Origin: Chiloscyllium plagiosum
Taxonomy: Eukaryota
Assembly (NCBI RefSeq): GCF_004010195.1
Contig: NC_057718.1
Location: 21,662,523 to 21,722,011 of the forward strand
Reading direction: 5' to 3'
Length of the DNA stretch: 59,489 nucleotides
Shown here: positions 11,738 to 25,151 of the stretch, in pieces
How positions within the stretch are numbered: the first letter of the stretch is position 1
Layout: every line of letters starts with the position of its first letter
Position numbers and translations under genes: made by a program
Notes under the pieces: generated by a model
What the model saw: only the letters and a program-made list of their open reading frames with translations
What the model was told of the DNA's origin: nothing
Database searches by the model: none

Positions 11738-12959
11738 TCTTTTGTTTCTGTAATTATTCTCCGTTAGTGAATGCAAAGTAACTTCATGCTGATGCTAAAT
11801 TACAAAGGCACGTTTAACTGTTCACCATCCTTAATTAGAGAAGCTACAACAATGGTAAGTACACAAGTTGGAAAAACCTTTACACTGACATGTTAGTATT
11901 CTTAAGAATTTAGGTTAATGCTGCATTATTAGGGGAGAGTGGACTGTGCTGCATCCATTCTTGCTATGATCATGTGCCACCGGGTGTGAACAGTTTGTTT
12001 TTTAAATGAGTCCCAGCATTAGTGTCTCCCTGAACACTAAAGGTGAGAAAGTAAGTTAATGCAGTTTCACTCAGCTGAAGTACAGGTGCGAAAGTGGTGT
12101 GGATAAGCAAGGGCTGGGACTATAAAGTACATCAGGCCCAATTACCCTGCCTGCCTTGGACTGACCAGGGGCTTGCTATGATGTGGCCTGTGTCAAGTTG
12201 GGAACCCAGGCCATGAGCAACACTGTTATTCCTGTGGATGACTCCATAAAAGTTGTATGCAAGTTGAAAAGAGCAAAGAATAGCTTGCCTATTGTCGCAG
12301 TTTCTCAATGTGTCATTTATGATTTTGGTCAGAGTAGTTTTGGTGGAGTGGCAATCAAACTGGAGGCATTTGAATACGGGCGACCCCTGTATCTACAGTT
12401 ACTGTGGTTTATCGTGGTTCGAACATTTGGGGAATGTTCTAGGACCAAGAAGCTGCCGGGAATGTATGTTCCCCATTTTTAAATGGAAGGCTTTGCACCT
12501 ATCTGCGATTTTGGGCTTCTGCGGGAGGTTTTGGAATGTATCCCCCGTGGGTACGGGGGACTACTTTATAGGATTTTGGGCGGAAAACTGGTGTAGATTT
12601 AAAAGGTGGTAATATGTTAAGGGACTATGGAGAGGAAAGGGAGTTTGAAGATGGGGAGTAATTTACAATAATAGTGAGAAGGGAATCCTTTTTAAGGAGG
12701 CTGGTGGTGGTTGATTTAAAGAAGAGAGGCAGTAGTTGAAGAGCACATTCTTCGCAAACTTCAGGGCCAAGAAGTAAAGTTGAGTGGTCAGCATATTAAT
12801 GGAAATAGGGTTTGAAGGGGTTTGGATGTGATTTTCATTAAGGTGAGTTCTGAGATGGTGTGAAGCAAGATGGGACAACAAAGATCAAAGTTCACAGCTA
12901 GGGCTTGGTTTGGCCTGGTAGATTGAGAGAAATGGAAGAGACAGCTGTTCAAATGGCTT

Positions 12960-14420
12960 AATTCTTAAAAGACCACGAGCTGTCATGAGTTGTTCCTCAA
13001 AGATTTTCCTCTGGGTTGGTTTCTTCTGAACAAGGGTCTCCTAGGCATTAAAATCTACATTGCATTTCTTGAGGAAAGCCTTCAGAGATCTTTTGAAATG
13101 TTTCCTTTATCGTAGTCCTCGTTTGAGTACCTTGCTTGAGCCGGGCCAAGATTTGCTTTGGCAGTTGGAACTCATACAAGCCAAGCACATGGCTGGCTCA
13201 GCAGAGTTGATTTTGGATCATTGTGGCCTCTAGGTTGGTGCTAATAGCTGCTTCAATGATGCTGATGTTAGTATGCATATCTTTCCAATTGATCCAGAGA
13301 ATGTTTCAAGTGGCTTTGGTACTTCGCAAAGTTCATGAGATAGTGTCTATATGTCGTCCAAATTTCAGCTATTTAGCAAAGTTGCAAGGATGATGCCTCA
13401 TACACAAGGTACTTGGTATCAGCACGGATACCATGATTGTCGAAGACTGTCATCCTTAGTTGTCAGAAGGTGGCACTCGGACTATGATGTTGAATCTCTG
13501 CATCATTGTTAGCCTTAGATGAAAGATAAGGAAAATATCCTACATTTTGGGAGGATTTCTGCATTGATCTGAATGGAGGGATAGAATGAAACTTGACCTG
13601 TGTGATAAAGGTTTTGAGTCTTTATGTTGAGGCTGAGAGCAATTCTTAGGTAATACCTGTTGGGTAAGTGAGGCTTGAAGATTCTCTTCTAAGGGAACAG
13701 ATGACCTTGTCATTCACATATTGAAGTTTTGTGAGCAGTGTTTGTCACTTTCTTGGATTTCAACCAGTTGAGATTTGAAAAGTTTTCCATCCATTTTGTA
13801 GTCAAGTCCACCCCACAGGTAAGTTTGTTCTTGACAAAGTGAAGAATGGTAACAATCAAAATCCCAAAAAGGCTGGGGCATGGACCCTTTTCTGCTTGAC
13901 CCCTGTCTTGACCTGAGGATTTATAATACTGTCAGTGTAGGAGACTGAGGATGTCGATGAATATCTCTGGATAGCTGTTAAAAATCACACACCAGGTTAT
14001 AGTCCAACAGGTTTAATTGGAAGCGCACTAGCTTTCGGAGCATTGCTCCTTCATCAGGAACCTGTTGGATTATAACCTGGTGTTGTATGATTTTTAACTT
14101 TGTACACCCCAGTTCAACACCGGCATATCCAAATCTGGATAGCTGGCCTTTGTCAAGTTGTCTTAAAATATGTCCCCATTCATGATTGATTGTATTGTAG
14201 TTCATAAGTTCTTTGAAGTGTTTTGTTAATTGGAGACTGATGTTTTCCCTGTCTCTCATAGTAGTTCCATCCTTATTCCATACCTGTTTGAGGCCAAAAG
14301 TTTTGGGTCTATATATTGTTTTGGTGGTACTGAAGAAACTCCAGGTTTGTGTTTGTCAGCAAAGAGTTGCAGCTATTTTGCTTTCTCAGTCCACCATGAT
14401 GCCATGAGGATTATACTGGC
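12960..14420 (-). mobile_element. Highly decayed RTE-clade LINE remnant, interrupted by the family B insertion
   Basis: Minus-strand VKTGVKQ motif at about 13890-13915; no long ORF. Confidence 0.5.
13978..14133. mobile_element. Family B palindromic insertion with hammerhead motif and 12-bp target-site duplication
   Basis: TCTGGATAGCTG at 13966-13977 and 14134-14145; minus-strand CTGATGA-A-GGAGC-AAT-GCTCC-GAAAG-CTA at 14029-14057. Confidence 0.8.
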
Positions 14421-15647
14421 AGAATGGCACTGGAATACTGGTTTTATCGGGCGTTATGGTATCAGTTTCAGATGTAATAGTAGAAATGATATGAGAGAGT
14501 GAGAGTGAGAGATTTGGAAAGTTCAGTTATAAGGTAGGCGTAGCTTACTTCCAACCAGGATTGGACACCTTGAGGTAAAGTTGGTAAGAGACTTTGTAAT
14601 TAGAAGTGGCCATATCTGTGGTTTGATGATACGCAAAATGTGATGCTATGTGAGAGAGCTCCGTCAAGCAGGTGGATATGAATGAGTTGAGGAGTTTATA
14701 CCGCAGAGCAGGATTAAGGGAGGATAAAAGTGCAATACATTTGGTGGGGTGGGGGGAGGTGGTGGAAAGAGAGCACAAATAAAATAACTGAGAATGGTGA
14801 AGAGGCTGAGAGATGAAAGTAGAGATTTTTGCAATTTTTATTTTACTTTGGGCATGGAGAAATTGAGGATGGAACAAGGTGTGAAACTCAATAAATATCA
14901 TTGGACTAAGGGCTCAAGCAGAAAAGAGAGCTGCATTGTTACCACTGGGCTAAGTTGATGAAGTGGTAACAGGTAGAGATGGGCAAGAAGGCTTTATTCA
15001 GAGAATAAAGTTTCATTTACATGAAATAAATCAGGTTGAGGGGTAATGATCCTCAGTAAGTTCATGGATAGGTAGGACTTTTGTTTACAACTGAAAAGAC
15101 ATTTTTGCATGCAGATGCAGAAAAGGCAGTGAGAGTGAATCCAAACGCAGAGTTGACTGGGTCAGCGGTGCAATTGGTGAATTTTGCAGGAAGGAAATAA
15201 GCAAGATTTACATCCCAAAGGTGAAAACTGGGTGACAGTTTTGATGAAATAGAAGGAGCACTTGGAGTTATTGCTGATATTGAGTTCCAAGTGCCTTAAT
15301 GAATCTTTCACCAGATGCCTTGAGGAATAATAAGAGCGTATACAAAGATGTTGTCAAGCCTTTGGTAGAAGAAATCTTTCTGGGAGTTGGAATCGTATAG
15401 TATTTGATAAGGAGACTTGAAAGAGGGCATGACAGTAGAAAGGAAAGATTTGAGTTTTATTTTTATTTCCTTAAGGAAATAGAAATGAAGAACTTGTATG
15501 TGGAGCAGTATCCAAAGTGCGTTAAACTAATATGGAAACTTAGGCCTGGTTAATTGTCAGATGTTAAGATACATAATTAATAAATGGGGAATCAAATAGA
15601 CAACAGGAGTCGTCCAGCCTTCCAGTGGTGGGTAAATCGCAGATAGG

Positions 15648-15754
15648 ATTCTGGATTAGTGGTGCTGGATTCGGATGCTGCCCGAACTGCTGTGCTTTTC
15701 CAGCACCACTAATCCAGAATCTGTTTTCCAGCATCTGCAGTCATTGTTTTTACC
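15648..15754 (+). mobile_element. 107-bp family A terminal fragment with 5' inversion and 15-bp TSD
   Basis: TAAATCGCAGATAGG at 15633-15647 and 15755-15769; 23-bp perfect inverted repeat 15647-15669 / 15699-15721; body matches about 175-260. Confidence 0.8.
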
Positions 15755-16501
15755 TAAATCGCAGATAGGGTAGAGTCAGTATAGAGCACCAATGAGTTGT
15801 GGTTTGAAGAATAATGCATAGCTATTTGGATGATAATCAAACCAACTATTTTTTCTGTGGGAATGAAGATTCAGATATCTTATGGAATCGGTTGCAGAGC
15901 AGAAAGAAAGAAAAGTTGAGGTAATGTATAAGAGCCAAAAGTTAGCACTCTTCCTGGCTTGATCCAAAGTAACACTCGAACCAGTAGCCGGTTGTTGGCA
16001 CAGCTATAGATAGAAGTCACAGTAGCAGTAGTGATGCAGACTGATTTTATTAACTTCTAATGTCAGCCATTTTGTGTCAGATATAATTGCAACTTGGTGA
16101 CTTGTCTTGCTTTAATTTGGCCAAACAGTAGCCAGATATGAACTATTTATAATTAAGGATGTAGAGCTGGAAATTAAAGATAGAATGTTTTGGTGTAAAA
16201 GGTTGCAAGTTAGAATGATATTTTGGTCACTTTCTTTATTGTGCCATAACCTGTTTTATATATCACACTTGTGTTCGTTGACTTACTTTGATTCCTGATT
16301 AACACAGTTCTAAAATTTTCAGTCACCGTTTTAAATCTCTCTGTGGTCTCCCCCTCCTCATACCTGCAATCTTTTGTATTTTAACCCTCAGAATTATTCC
16401 TAAGATTTTGGCCAACTTGTGCATCTTTTTTATTTTAATTATTTCATTGATGGCCATGCCTTCTGACGCTAAGGTCCTAAGTTTGAGCAATGCTCACTGG
16501 T

Positions 16502-17047
16502 GAAATGTGTTGCTGGAACAGCGCAACAGGTCAGGCAGCATCCAGGGAACAGGAGAATCGACGTTTTGGGCATAAGCCCTTCTTCAGGAATGAGGAAAGT
16601 GTGTCCAGCAGGCTAAGATAAAAGGTAGGGAGGAGGGACTTGGGGGAGGGGCTTTGGAAATGCGATAGGTGGAAAGAGGTCAAGGTGAAGGTGATAGGTC
16701 AGTTTGGGGTGGGGGCGGAGAGGTCAGGAAGATTGCAGGTTAGGAAGGCGGTGCTGAGTTCGATGGATTTGACTGAGACAAGGTGGGGGTAGGGGAAATG
16801 AGGAAACTGGTGAAATCAGAGTTCATCCCTTGTGGTTGGAGGGTTCCTAGGCGGAAGATGAGGCGCTCTTCCTCCAACCGTCGTGTTGATGTGGTCTGGC
16901 GATGGCGGAGTCCAAAGACCTGCATATCCTTGGTGGAGTGGGAGGGGGAGTTGAAGTGTTGAGCCACAGGGTGGTTGGGTTGATTGGTCCGGGTGTCCCA
17001 GAGGTGTTCTCTGAAACGCTCCGCAAGTCGGCGGCCTGTCTCCCCCT
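16502..17047 (-). mobile_element. PLE family A 3' fragment (GIY-YIG C-terminus plus terminus)
   Basis: AQHFNSPSHSTKDMQV...RRLEEERLIFRLGTLQPQGMN; hammerhead-like motif 16560-16587 with GAAA changed to AAAA. Confidence 0.85.
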
Positions 17048-18254
17048 CTATATTCCCAAATTCAGTTTACTTTCACAAATATGCTGGTGAGCTGCCGCCT
17101 TGAACTTCTGTAATCTGTCTGGTGCAGGTAGACCTAAGAAAACAATTAGGGAGGGAGTTCCAGGATTTTTACCCAGTGATACTGAAAAACAACAATATAT
17201 TTCCAAGTCTGGATGGTGAATGCGTTGGAGGGATAGTTGCCAGTTATGGTGTTGCAATGTATTTGCTGCCCTTGTCTTTGTGGATAGTAGTGGTCGTGGC
17301 TTTGGAAGGTGTTTTAAAGGAGTCTTAAGGAAATTTTGTCGTGCATCTTGTAGATGATACACATTGCTGCTACTGAACTGTGAGTGCATGTTTATGAATG
17401 AAATGCCAATCAAATGGCTGCTTTTGTTCTGAATGGTATCCTGCTTCTCAGATCTAATGTCTTCCTTGTGTTCCTCCACTGGATTCAGGAAACCTCTAAT
17501 AAGATTGATGGTCAGGTACTCTATTTCACCCAATTCCTTTTAAAAGGTACAGCACTGTCATTGCCATATGTGAAATATCTCGAATTTCTATAATAAACAA
17601 TGTCAGGTCAAACATGGCCTACAGGAAGTTCAAGAACAATGAAATAGACTCTAAGCATGCCATATAGCACGATAGCCAAGGTTTGGGAGCATTTTATAAT
17701 TCTGTAAGGAAGGCCAAGGAACGTTTATAAATAAAGGGAGAATAGAATGTGCATGTTAAATAGCATGTAGCATAAAATGCATTGACTATGGAGGATTTTA
17801 TAAATACACATAAAAGAAAACGGATCAAAAACAAATGTGGGTCAATTGTAGGCAGTCATGAAAATTTTAAAATCTGGTGGGGGGGGTCCATGCAGAAGAA
17901 ATGGCACAAAGTAATTATTTAAGAAAATAACTAGAAGCAGAAGGCAAGTCTGTCAGTCCCTTGACCCTACTCTGCCATTTAATGCAATCATTGCAGATCT
18001 CTCAATTCCTTATAACTGCCCACGGTCCAACCCATTGCTAATTAAAAATCTGTTTTCTTCAAATTTACTCAATTTCCCAATATCCACAATTTGACAGATT
18101 CATGCTCCTTTGAAAGAAGTAATTTCTCCTCGTCTCTGTTGTAAATCTGCACTGTATTAACTAAAACTGTTACTGTGGCAACTTATTCACATGGAGTGAT
18201 TCATATATGAAACGAGTTGCCAAAGGTAGTGATAGACGCTGGTACAGTTGCTGA

Positions 18255-18553
18255 GTGGCACAGTGGCTCAGTGGTTAGCACTGCAGCCTCACAGCGCCAG
18301 GGACCGGGGTTCAATTCCAGCCTTGGATGACTGTGCAAACTCCACACAGACATTCTCCCAGTGTCTGCGTGGGTTTCTTCCCACAGTCCCAAGATGTGCA
18401 GGTTAGGTGGATTGGCCATGCTAAATTGCCCATAATGTTAGGTGCGTTAGTCAGAGGGAAATGGGTCTGGGTGGGTTACTCTTTGGAGGGTCGACGTGGT
18501 CTTATTGGGCTGAAGGGCTTTTTTCCACACTGTGGGGAATCTAATCTAATCTC
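18255..18553 (+). mobile_element. HE1-type SINE
   Basis: A box TGGCTCAGTGG, B box GGTTCAATTCC, (ATCTA)n tail. Confidence 0.85.
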
Positions 18554-20631
18554 ATTTTAAAAAAAACAGGTACATGAATGGGAAAGGTTTAGAGGGACAT
18601 AAACCAAACATAGGCAATTGGGACTCTTGATCGGCATAGACATGTTGGACTGAAGGTTTTGTTTCAGTGCTGTATAACTCTGACTGTGTTGTTAGACCTG
18701 AACACATGCAAGCAAGTGGAGAGTATTCCATTGGATTCCTGATTTGTGCCTCACAGATGGTGGACCGGCTTTGGCAAAGCAAGAAGTGAACTACTCACTG
18801 CAGTATTCCTAACCTCTGGCCTTCTCTGTACCCGTAGAATGTTTATGGCTAGTCCAATGCAGTTTTTGGTCAATGGTAACCCCCAGGATGTTGACAGTGG
18901 AGGATTCAGTGGTCATGCCAACTTTCTGTTGTCTAATCACCTGCTCTGATTATCACCTTGTTATATAGTATAACGTTAAAGGTACAATGTACAGTAAAGC
19001 TACAATAAATCAAAGTGCAGCAAGCTGCTGTGTTAATTCGGGCTTTGAGAAGGCCAAGGAAGGCCTTGTGTAACCCAATTTGTCTACAAGTCTGCTCAGA
19101 GTCAGCGAAGAACAAGCAAGTGAAAGCAGGAATGTGGTATGAAATGAGAAAAATTTCTTCATTTCTTTCCATCAGTTTGTGCATTATAATGAATTTGCCA
19201 GGTAAAAGACATGGAAATATGTTGGGAATTGGCTCTGGAATTTCTGCTTAGCTTGTGTTCTTTTGGTGAGTGTGATACAGTCCACAATGTTGTTTAGTGC
19301 AGTCAAATGTGTTTGAAAATCTCCCTGCACCCCTAACCACGGGTTTCTTCTAAATTATTTTGGTTGCACAGACCTGAGGTCCATGTGGGGCATTGATCCC
19401 TGGAACTGGAAGTTGATACCATAATTGGCATATGTTTGCCTTTTCAGTGACTACATAGCTTAGAAGGAATGCAGTCACTAATTATCACAGCCTCATCGCT
19501 TATGATGTAATGGCGATGCTATACCTTGCTATGAATTAGTCCAGATGTTCATTACTGCAGGTGACCTCTTTGGTGTGTCGGCCAAGTGGCATAATGGATT
19601 ACACGTCTGACATTGAATCAGACGATTGTAGTTTTGAGTCCTGCCTGGCTTGAATGCAGCATGTTGCTTTGTTGCAGTCAGAGGTACCCTAGGATGACTC
19701 TCCTTTCCTGCTGGCGATGAAACATATTTCTGCTTGAGCTGCACTGAGCCATGTTTGTGAAATTGCTTTACCCTCTGAAAAGATAACCGTTCTCAACATC
19801 ATCTTTGCTGGAGGGAATGCCTATTAGTTCTAAAATGATGGCCTTTTGCTTCAGGATGGTTGACAAAACTTGACAGTGGAATCTCCCACTCCTTAATGAC
19901 ATCTATTATTTAGTTTGCACCTCGGTTTTCCACTTGCAGTGTCAATTTCGTTTTGTCTTCAAGCGACAACATTTTTAAATTACTCATCTTTTTGCACTAA
20001 TTTGACTAATCTGGAGTTGAGTTTCTAACTTTGACTGACTTTAGGAAATCCAATAGATGGATATCCTTTTTTGCCATGGGGACTGGCTAACCATTTGCTA
20101 CAATTATAGAATTTTGGATTATCCGATTTTGACTTATTGTAATTTCATTGTAAGTGTGAAGTGGTTGACTTTATTTTTGTTGTTGAAACATGTTAACACT
20201 GTGGAAAGTATTGGAGAGATATTTACTTAAATTGTTTTTGGTGTGACTTTTTACTTTGGAAAGTGACTGCAGAACTCTGGGTTCTTTTCGTACAAACAAG
20301 AAAAGCTTGACAATGTGGTGGTACTCTATTATGAAATCAAAATGATTTTGAATCAGGCTGGCAATATTAACATAGTTTGAATTCCTAATTAAAGTGCAGA
20401 TTGACAGTCTGATATTTATTCATTGGTTATTCAATGTAAAACATGAGGTGTCGTAGAGAAGTAGAATAAGGAAGAAAATAACAGTAGAGGAAAATTATTT
20501 TTCATGATGAGTCAAGACCACATAACAATTTTTAGAGGTAGCGCAGTTATGAGCTCAAAACAGCCTCCTATTTTAAAATTCTTAGATTGTATTCTTACAC
20601 TTTAATGTCATTACAATTTTTTTATTTTCAG

Positions 20632-20822
20632 ACGCTTTATTTCCAATGATACATTGTTTCGTAAGTTGGTGAAAGCTACCCAGGGTCTTCCTCGAGTACG
20701 TTGGTCATTAGGTGGAAATGCACCGGTCATGGCGAATCGTCTTGCCAAGGAAGGGTGTGAAGTACTCATTGGGAGTCGTCTTACGCCTGACCTTATTGAG
20801 GTCCTTCAAGAGCACGTGACTG
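20632..20822 (+). CDS. ADPGK2: ADPGK2-like coding exon 3
   Basis: ttttcag acceptor; RFISNDTLFRKLVKATQGLPRVRWSLGGNAPVMANRLAKEGCEVLIGSRLTPDLIEVLQEHVT with family GGNA motif; donor gtttgt; 191 nt, phase 2 to 1. Confidence 0.92.
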
Positions 20823-21209
20823 GTTTGTAGCAATAAAGTCATGTTTGGCTTAAGCACATGTATAATCTTAAACACCAGTCCATGTGAACAGCTTGAGCAC
20901 ATTAATTGAATACCCCAAAGTGGCTCTGACTCACAAAGAAGTATGTCATGATCAATAATTTGAATTGATATTAATTGTGTAACAAAGTCAGCTTCAGTTT
21001 TGAGAATTAGTTGATGAGGTTTGTGGAGAGAGTTGTCAAAAAAAGCCAAGCTACTAAAATTTTCTTTACAAGCATGGTCGAGCAGTAATTGGAGGAATAA
21101 AAGTTGAGAGCAGTGTAAGATTGAAGGAATTCTCTGAAATAAGATTACACCTTGATTTTGGAGGGTCTTAAAGATGGGAATGACAATTTTAATGGAACGG
21201 CAGGAATCA

Positions 21210-22315
21210 GTGAAGGTCACAGTGTCATTCAGCACAAAACAGACCCTTATGCTGACCATAATCCCAAGCTAAAGTAGTCCCATCTGCCTGTGTTTGGCCC
21301 ATATCCCTCTAAACATTTCGTATACATATACTTATCTAAATGTCTTTTAAATATTGTAACTGTACTCTCGTCCATCACTTCCTCTGGAAGTTCATTCCAC
21401 AGACGAACCACTGCTTTTAAAACATAATGTCCTTCATCTTTTTAGATCTTCTTCCTCTCACCTTAAAAATATGCCCCCTAGATTTGAAAAGACACAAGCT
21501 GTTCACCCTTTCTATACCCCTCATTAGTTTATAAATCTCTAAGGTCATCTCTCGACCTCCTATGCTCCAGTGGAAAAGAGTCCCAACCTATCCTCTTAAC
21601 TCAAAACCTTCGTTCCCGGCAACATCCTGGTAAATCTCTTCTGAATCCTCTCCAGCTTAATAATATCCTTCCTATAAACTGAGTCCAGAACTGGGCACAG
21701 TGTTCCAGAAGAGACTTCACTAACATCCTGTATAGCCTCAACGTGATGTCTTAATTCCTGTACTCCAAGGTCTGAGCAATGTAGGATAGTGTGCTAACCA
21801 AGTTCTTTACCACCTATCTATGTGTACTGCAAATTTCAAAGAATTATGTACCTGAACCCCAAGGTCTCTGTTCTACAGTGTTGCCCAAGGCCCTACTTTT
21901 AATTGTAATTGTCTTGTATTTGTTTTCCCAAAATACAGCAGAGTCATTAGGGACTTTTAAGTGACTGCTGGATGTGTACATGGACAGGGGTGAATTGATG
22001 GGTGCGTAGGTTAGATCATTTTATTTTAGATTAGGATTATTACTCCGCACAGCATCGTGGGTTGAAGGGCCTGTTCTGTACTGTATTTTTCTATGTTCTA
22101 TGTTCTCAGTGATCCAAATTAAACTCCATCTGTCACTCTTCAGCCAATTGACCCAATTGATCAAATCACATTGTCACTTTAGATAACCTTTTACTGTTCA
22201 CTATACCACCAATCTTGGTGTCATCCAGAAACTTACTAAGCATGCTTTCTATATCCTCCTCTAAATCATTTATATAGGTGACAAACAGAAGTGGAACACC
22301 TTTGGTCACTGGCTG
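21210..22315 (-). mobile_element. CR1 LINE fragment with a nested opposite-strand CR1 tail (about 21940-22105)
   Basis: YINDLEEDIESMLSKFLDDTKIGG in ORF 22166..22441; ttctatg tail repeats. Confidence 0.8.
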
Positions 22316-23254
22316 AAAAACAATAAAGGAAGGAATGATGTGAGCACAGTTAAGATATGGCGAGACACTGAGCTGCAGAGCTTTGGACAAGATAGAGTTT
22401 ATGGTAGCGGAGGGTGAAGGATCAACAGAGGATCTTAACATAGTTTAATTTGCATGTAACAATCTGTAGAATCTCAAGGCCAAGAGCTTTGTCCTGTTGA
22501 TTGGAATCTTCCTTTCTTTCATAATGCTGCCAATTTGCAATAGTTGGATTTTTGTTAACATGCTGGGTAACAAACAATAACGTTGTACTTTGAGTGCTAG
22601 TAAAAGATGGACAGATGAGATTGAGACATGACTTTAAAAGAATGACTAATTCGGGAATTAAGAACGTATTATGTGATTGACAGTTATGAAGGACACTAAT
22701 GGATAGTTCTTGCAATGGAAAGCAGGAGGGTAAGGAATAGAGGGGAAATAAAACAGTGAAATATGATCAATCACTGCACCTTCAGTCAGAGGTCAAATCG
22801 TTGGGATATAGAGGTTGCTGGGTTGGTTGTGATCTTAACTGGTGGTGTTTTTAATTGGGAAATTAATGGTTAGATGTCAAAATTGATAGTTGAAAAAGAC
22901 AAACTACACTTGATTGGCTTTATATCATCTTAGTTTACAATTTAATGGATGCTGTTGTGTAAATGTTGCACTTCTGATAAGGTTTTGTACACTCAATCAG
23001 AATGGGATTAAAAAGAAATTTAAACTAGTCATACTGAGTTGCTATTGCATACCTCCTAGTGACCATTATCTAGAAAATGACTGGCTTTGGAGATCGATGT
23101 TTTGTTTAATAGAGCCAGAACAAACAAAATTTAATTTGAATTAATGCTGATTGTGTTTCTACCCAGATGATACACAGGTCATCAATTTGCCATTTTAATT
23201 TGAAGAAATGTAGAGTACTCTGTAATAGTAAGTGGCTGTGTTTAGTTCTAGACT

Positions 23255-24296
23255 GTGTTGCTGGGAAAGCACAGCAGGTCAGGCAGTATCTGAGGAACAG
23301 GAGCATTGACTTTTCGGGCATAAGCCCTTCATCAAGAATGAGGCTAGTGGGCCGGGGCTGAGAGATAAATGGGAGTGGGGTGGTGGGAATAATGTGGGGG
23401 GAAGTGAGGAAGCTGTTGAAATCCACATGTATCCCGTGTGGTTGCAGGGTCCCAAGGCAGAATATGAGGCGTTCTGCTTCCAGGCCTCGGGTGGTAACGG
23501 TTTGGCGGTGGAGGAAACCCAGGACATGCATGTCCTTGACTAAGTGGGAGGGGAGTTGAAGTGTTCAGCCATGAGGTGGTGGGGTTGGTGGATGCAGGTG
23601 TCCCAGAGATGTTCCCTGAAATGATCCGCAAGAAGGCGTCCTGTCTCCCCGATGTAGAGGATACCACACCGAATGCAGTACATGACATTGATAGAGGTAC
23701 GGGTGAATTTCTGACCGATGTTGAAGGATCCCTTGGGGCCTTGGACAGAGGAGAGGGGAGTGATGTGGGCGCAGGTTTTGCATTTCCTGCGGTGGCAGGG
23801 AAAGGTGCCAGGAATGGGGTGTGGGCTGATGGAGGCCGTGGACCTGATGAGGAAGTCACGGAGGGAATGGTCTCTCTGGAACGCTGATGGGGGTGGGGAG
23901 GGAAATATATCGTTGGTCGTGGGGTCCGTTTGGAGGTGGTGAAGGGATCCTGCAACCACACAGGACAGATGTGGATTTTAACAGCTTCCTCATTTTCCCC
24001 TCCCCTACTAACCCAGTCCCAAGCCTCCAACTTGGCTCCGCCCTCTGTACCTGTCTATCATTCCCCCCCTCTGACTTATCACCTTCTCCCTCACCTTCAT
24101 CCACTAATCACTTTCTCAGCTACCCACTTGAGCCCCTTCCCATTTATCTCTCAGCCCTGGCCCACTAGCCTCATTCCTGATGATGGGCTTATGCCCGAAA
24201 TGTCGATTCTCCTGCTCCTCAGATGCTGCCCGACCTGCTGTGCTTTCCCAGCACCGCACTAATCTTGACTCCAGCATCTGCAGTCCTCACTTTCTC
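23255..24296 (-). mobile_element. PLE family A fragment with GIY-YIG domain and an inverted copy of its own 3' end
   Basis: CHRRKCKTC...NVMYCIRCGILYIGETGRLLADHFREHL; about 23950-24296 (+) is the reverse complement of about 23255-23450; hammerhead motifs at 23308-23335 (-) and 24177-24204 (+). Confidence 0.88.
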
Positions 24297-25054
24297 AGTG
24301 TTTAGTTCTAATTCTACTCCAGTAAAACCTGTCTCTGGATTGAACCTTGTGATTCTAGCTTTTTTGTCTGTGAAGATATTTTTCATTTGAAAAGTAATGT
24401 GCCATAACTTCTTGAGAGCTTAAAAAACTTTTTCAAAAAAGTCAATAGCCATACACAGTTCATCAGTTGAAAGGACGAGTTTGAAATATGGCTTGGTTCT
24501 ATGGTTGTGATAATGATGCCTTCACACCAGAGTTCCTCTTTAGATTAGTTGTTATGCCTAATCTCTTTATTTTTCTTTTGTGGCAATATGCCTTCACTAT
24601 ACGCTATTATGGAAGCCTTACTCTGTATCTTTAGGTTGCAGTGTGGCCTAGCAGTTTAGGGGTAATATTGTCCTTATGTGGGAATGAATGGTGGTATCTC
24701 ATTTTAGTTGTGCTTTTTATTTTCTTGCCCCACCATGTACCCAAATCTCAGTCAATTCAATTTTTGCCAATGAGATCCTATAAGATAATAAGAATGGGAC
24801 CAGAACTAGGTCATTCGTCCCATTTAATAAGATTATGGCTGATCTGATTTGTGATGTTAACTGCATCGTGTCTAATTGTAAGATATGCTCTAAGCTCAGG
24901 ATAATGAGTGGAGCTTCTAAAATATTTAACCTAATTGGCATGGAGCTGATTATAATGTTGATGTTTTAGTTATTGGCTATATAATACACTTGATGATCAC
25001 TTTACAATAAACTAAAATTCTTGACCTCTTCAAACAACTCTTCTTCCTTTCTAG

Positions 25055-25151
25055 TTACAAGCAAACCTGTAGATGAAACTGACATTCACCTAATTCTAGA
25101 GTACTCAACTGGTGCCAAATGGGGGAAGCTAGTGTCTAGAAGAGCAAACAG
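25055..25151 (+). CDS. ADPGK2: ADPGK2-like coding exon 4
   Basis: ctttctag acceptor; VTSKPVDETDIHLILEYSTGAKWGKLVSRRANR (HLILEY...ANRF motif); donor gtgtgt; 97 nt, phase 1 to 2. Confidence 0.93.

Noticed and set aside
20708..21259. 183-aa minus-strand ORF
   Set aside because: Overlaps ADPGK exon 3 antisense and starts in a CR1 remnant; no recognisable domain
23344..24030. 228-aa Pro/Ser-rich ORF
   Set aside because: Alternative frame of the PLE fragment, crossing its inversion junction
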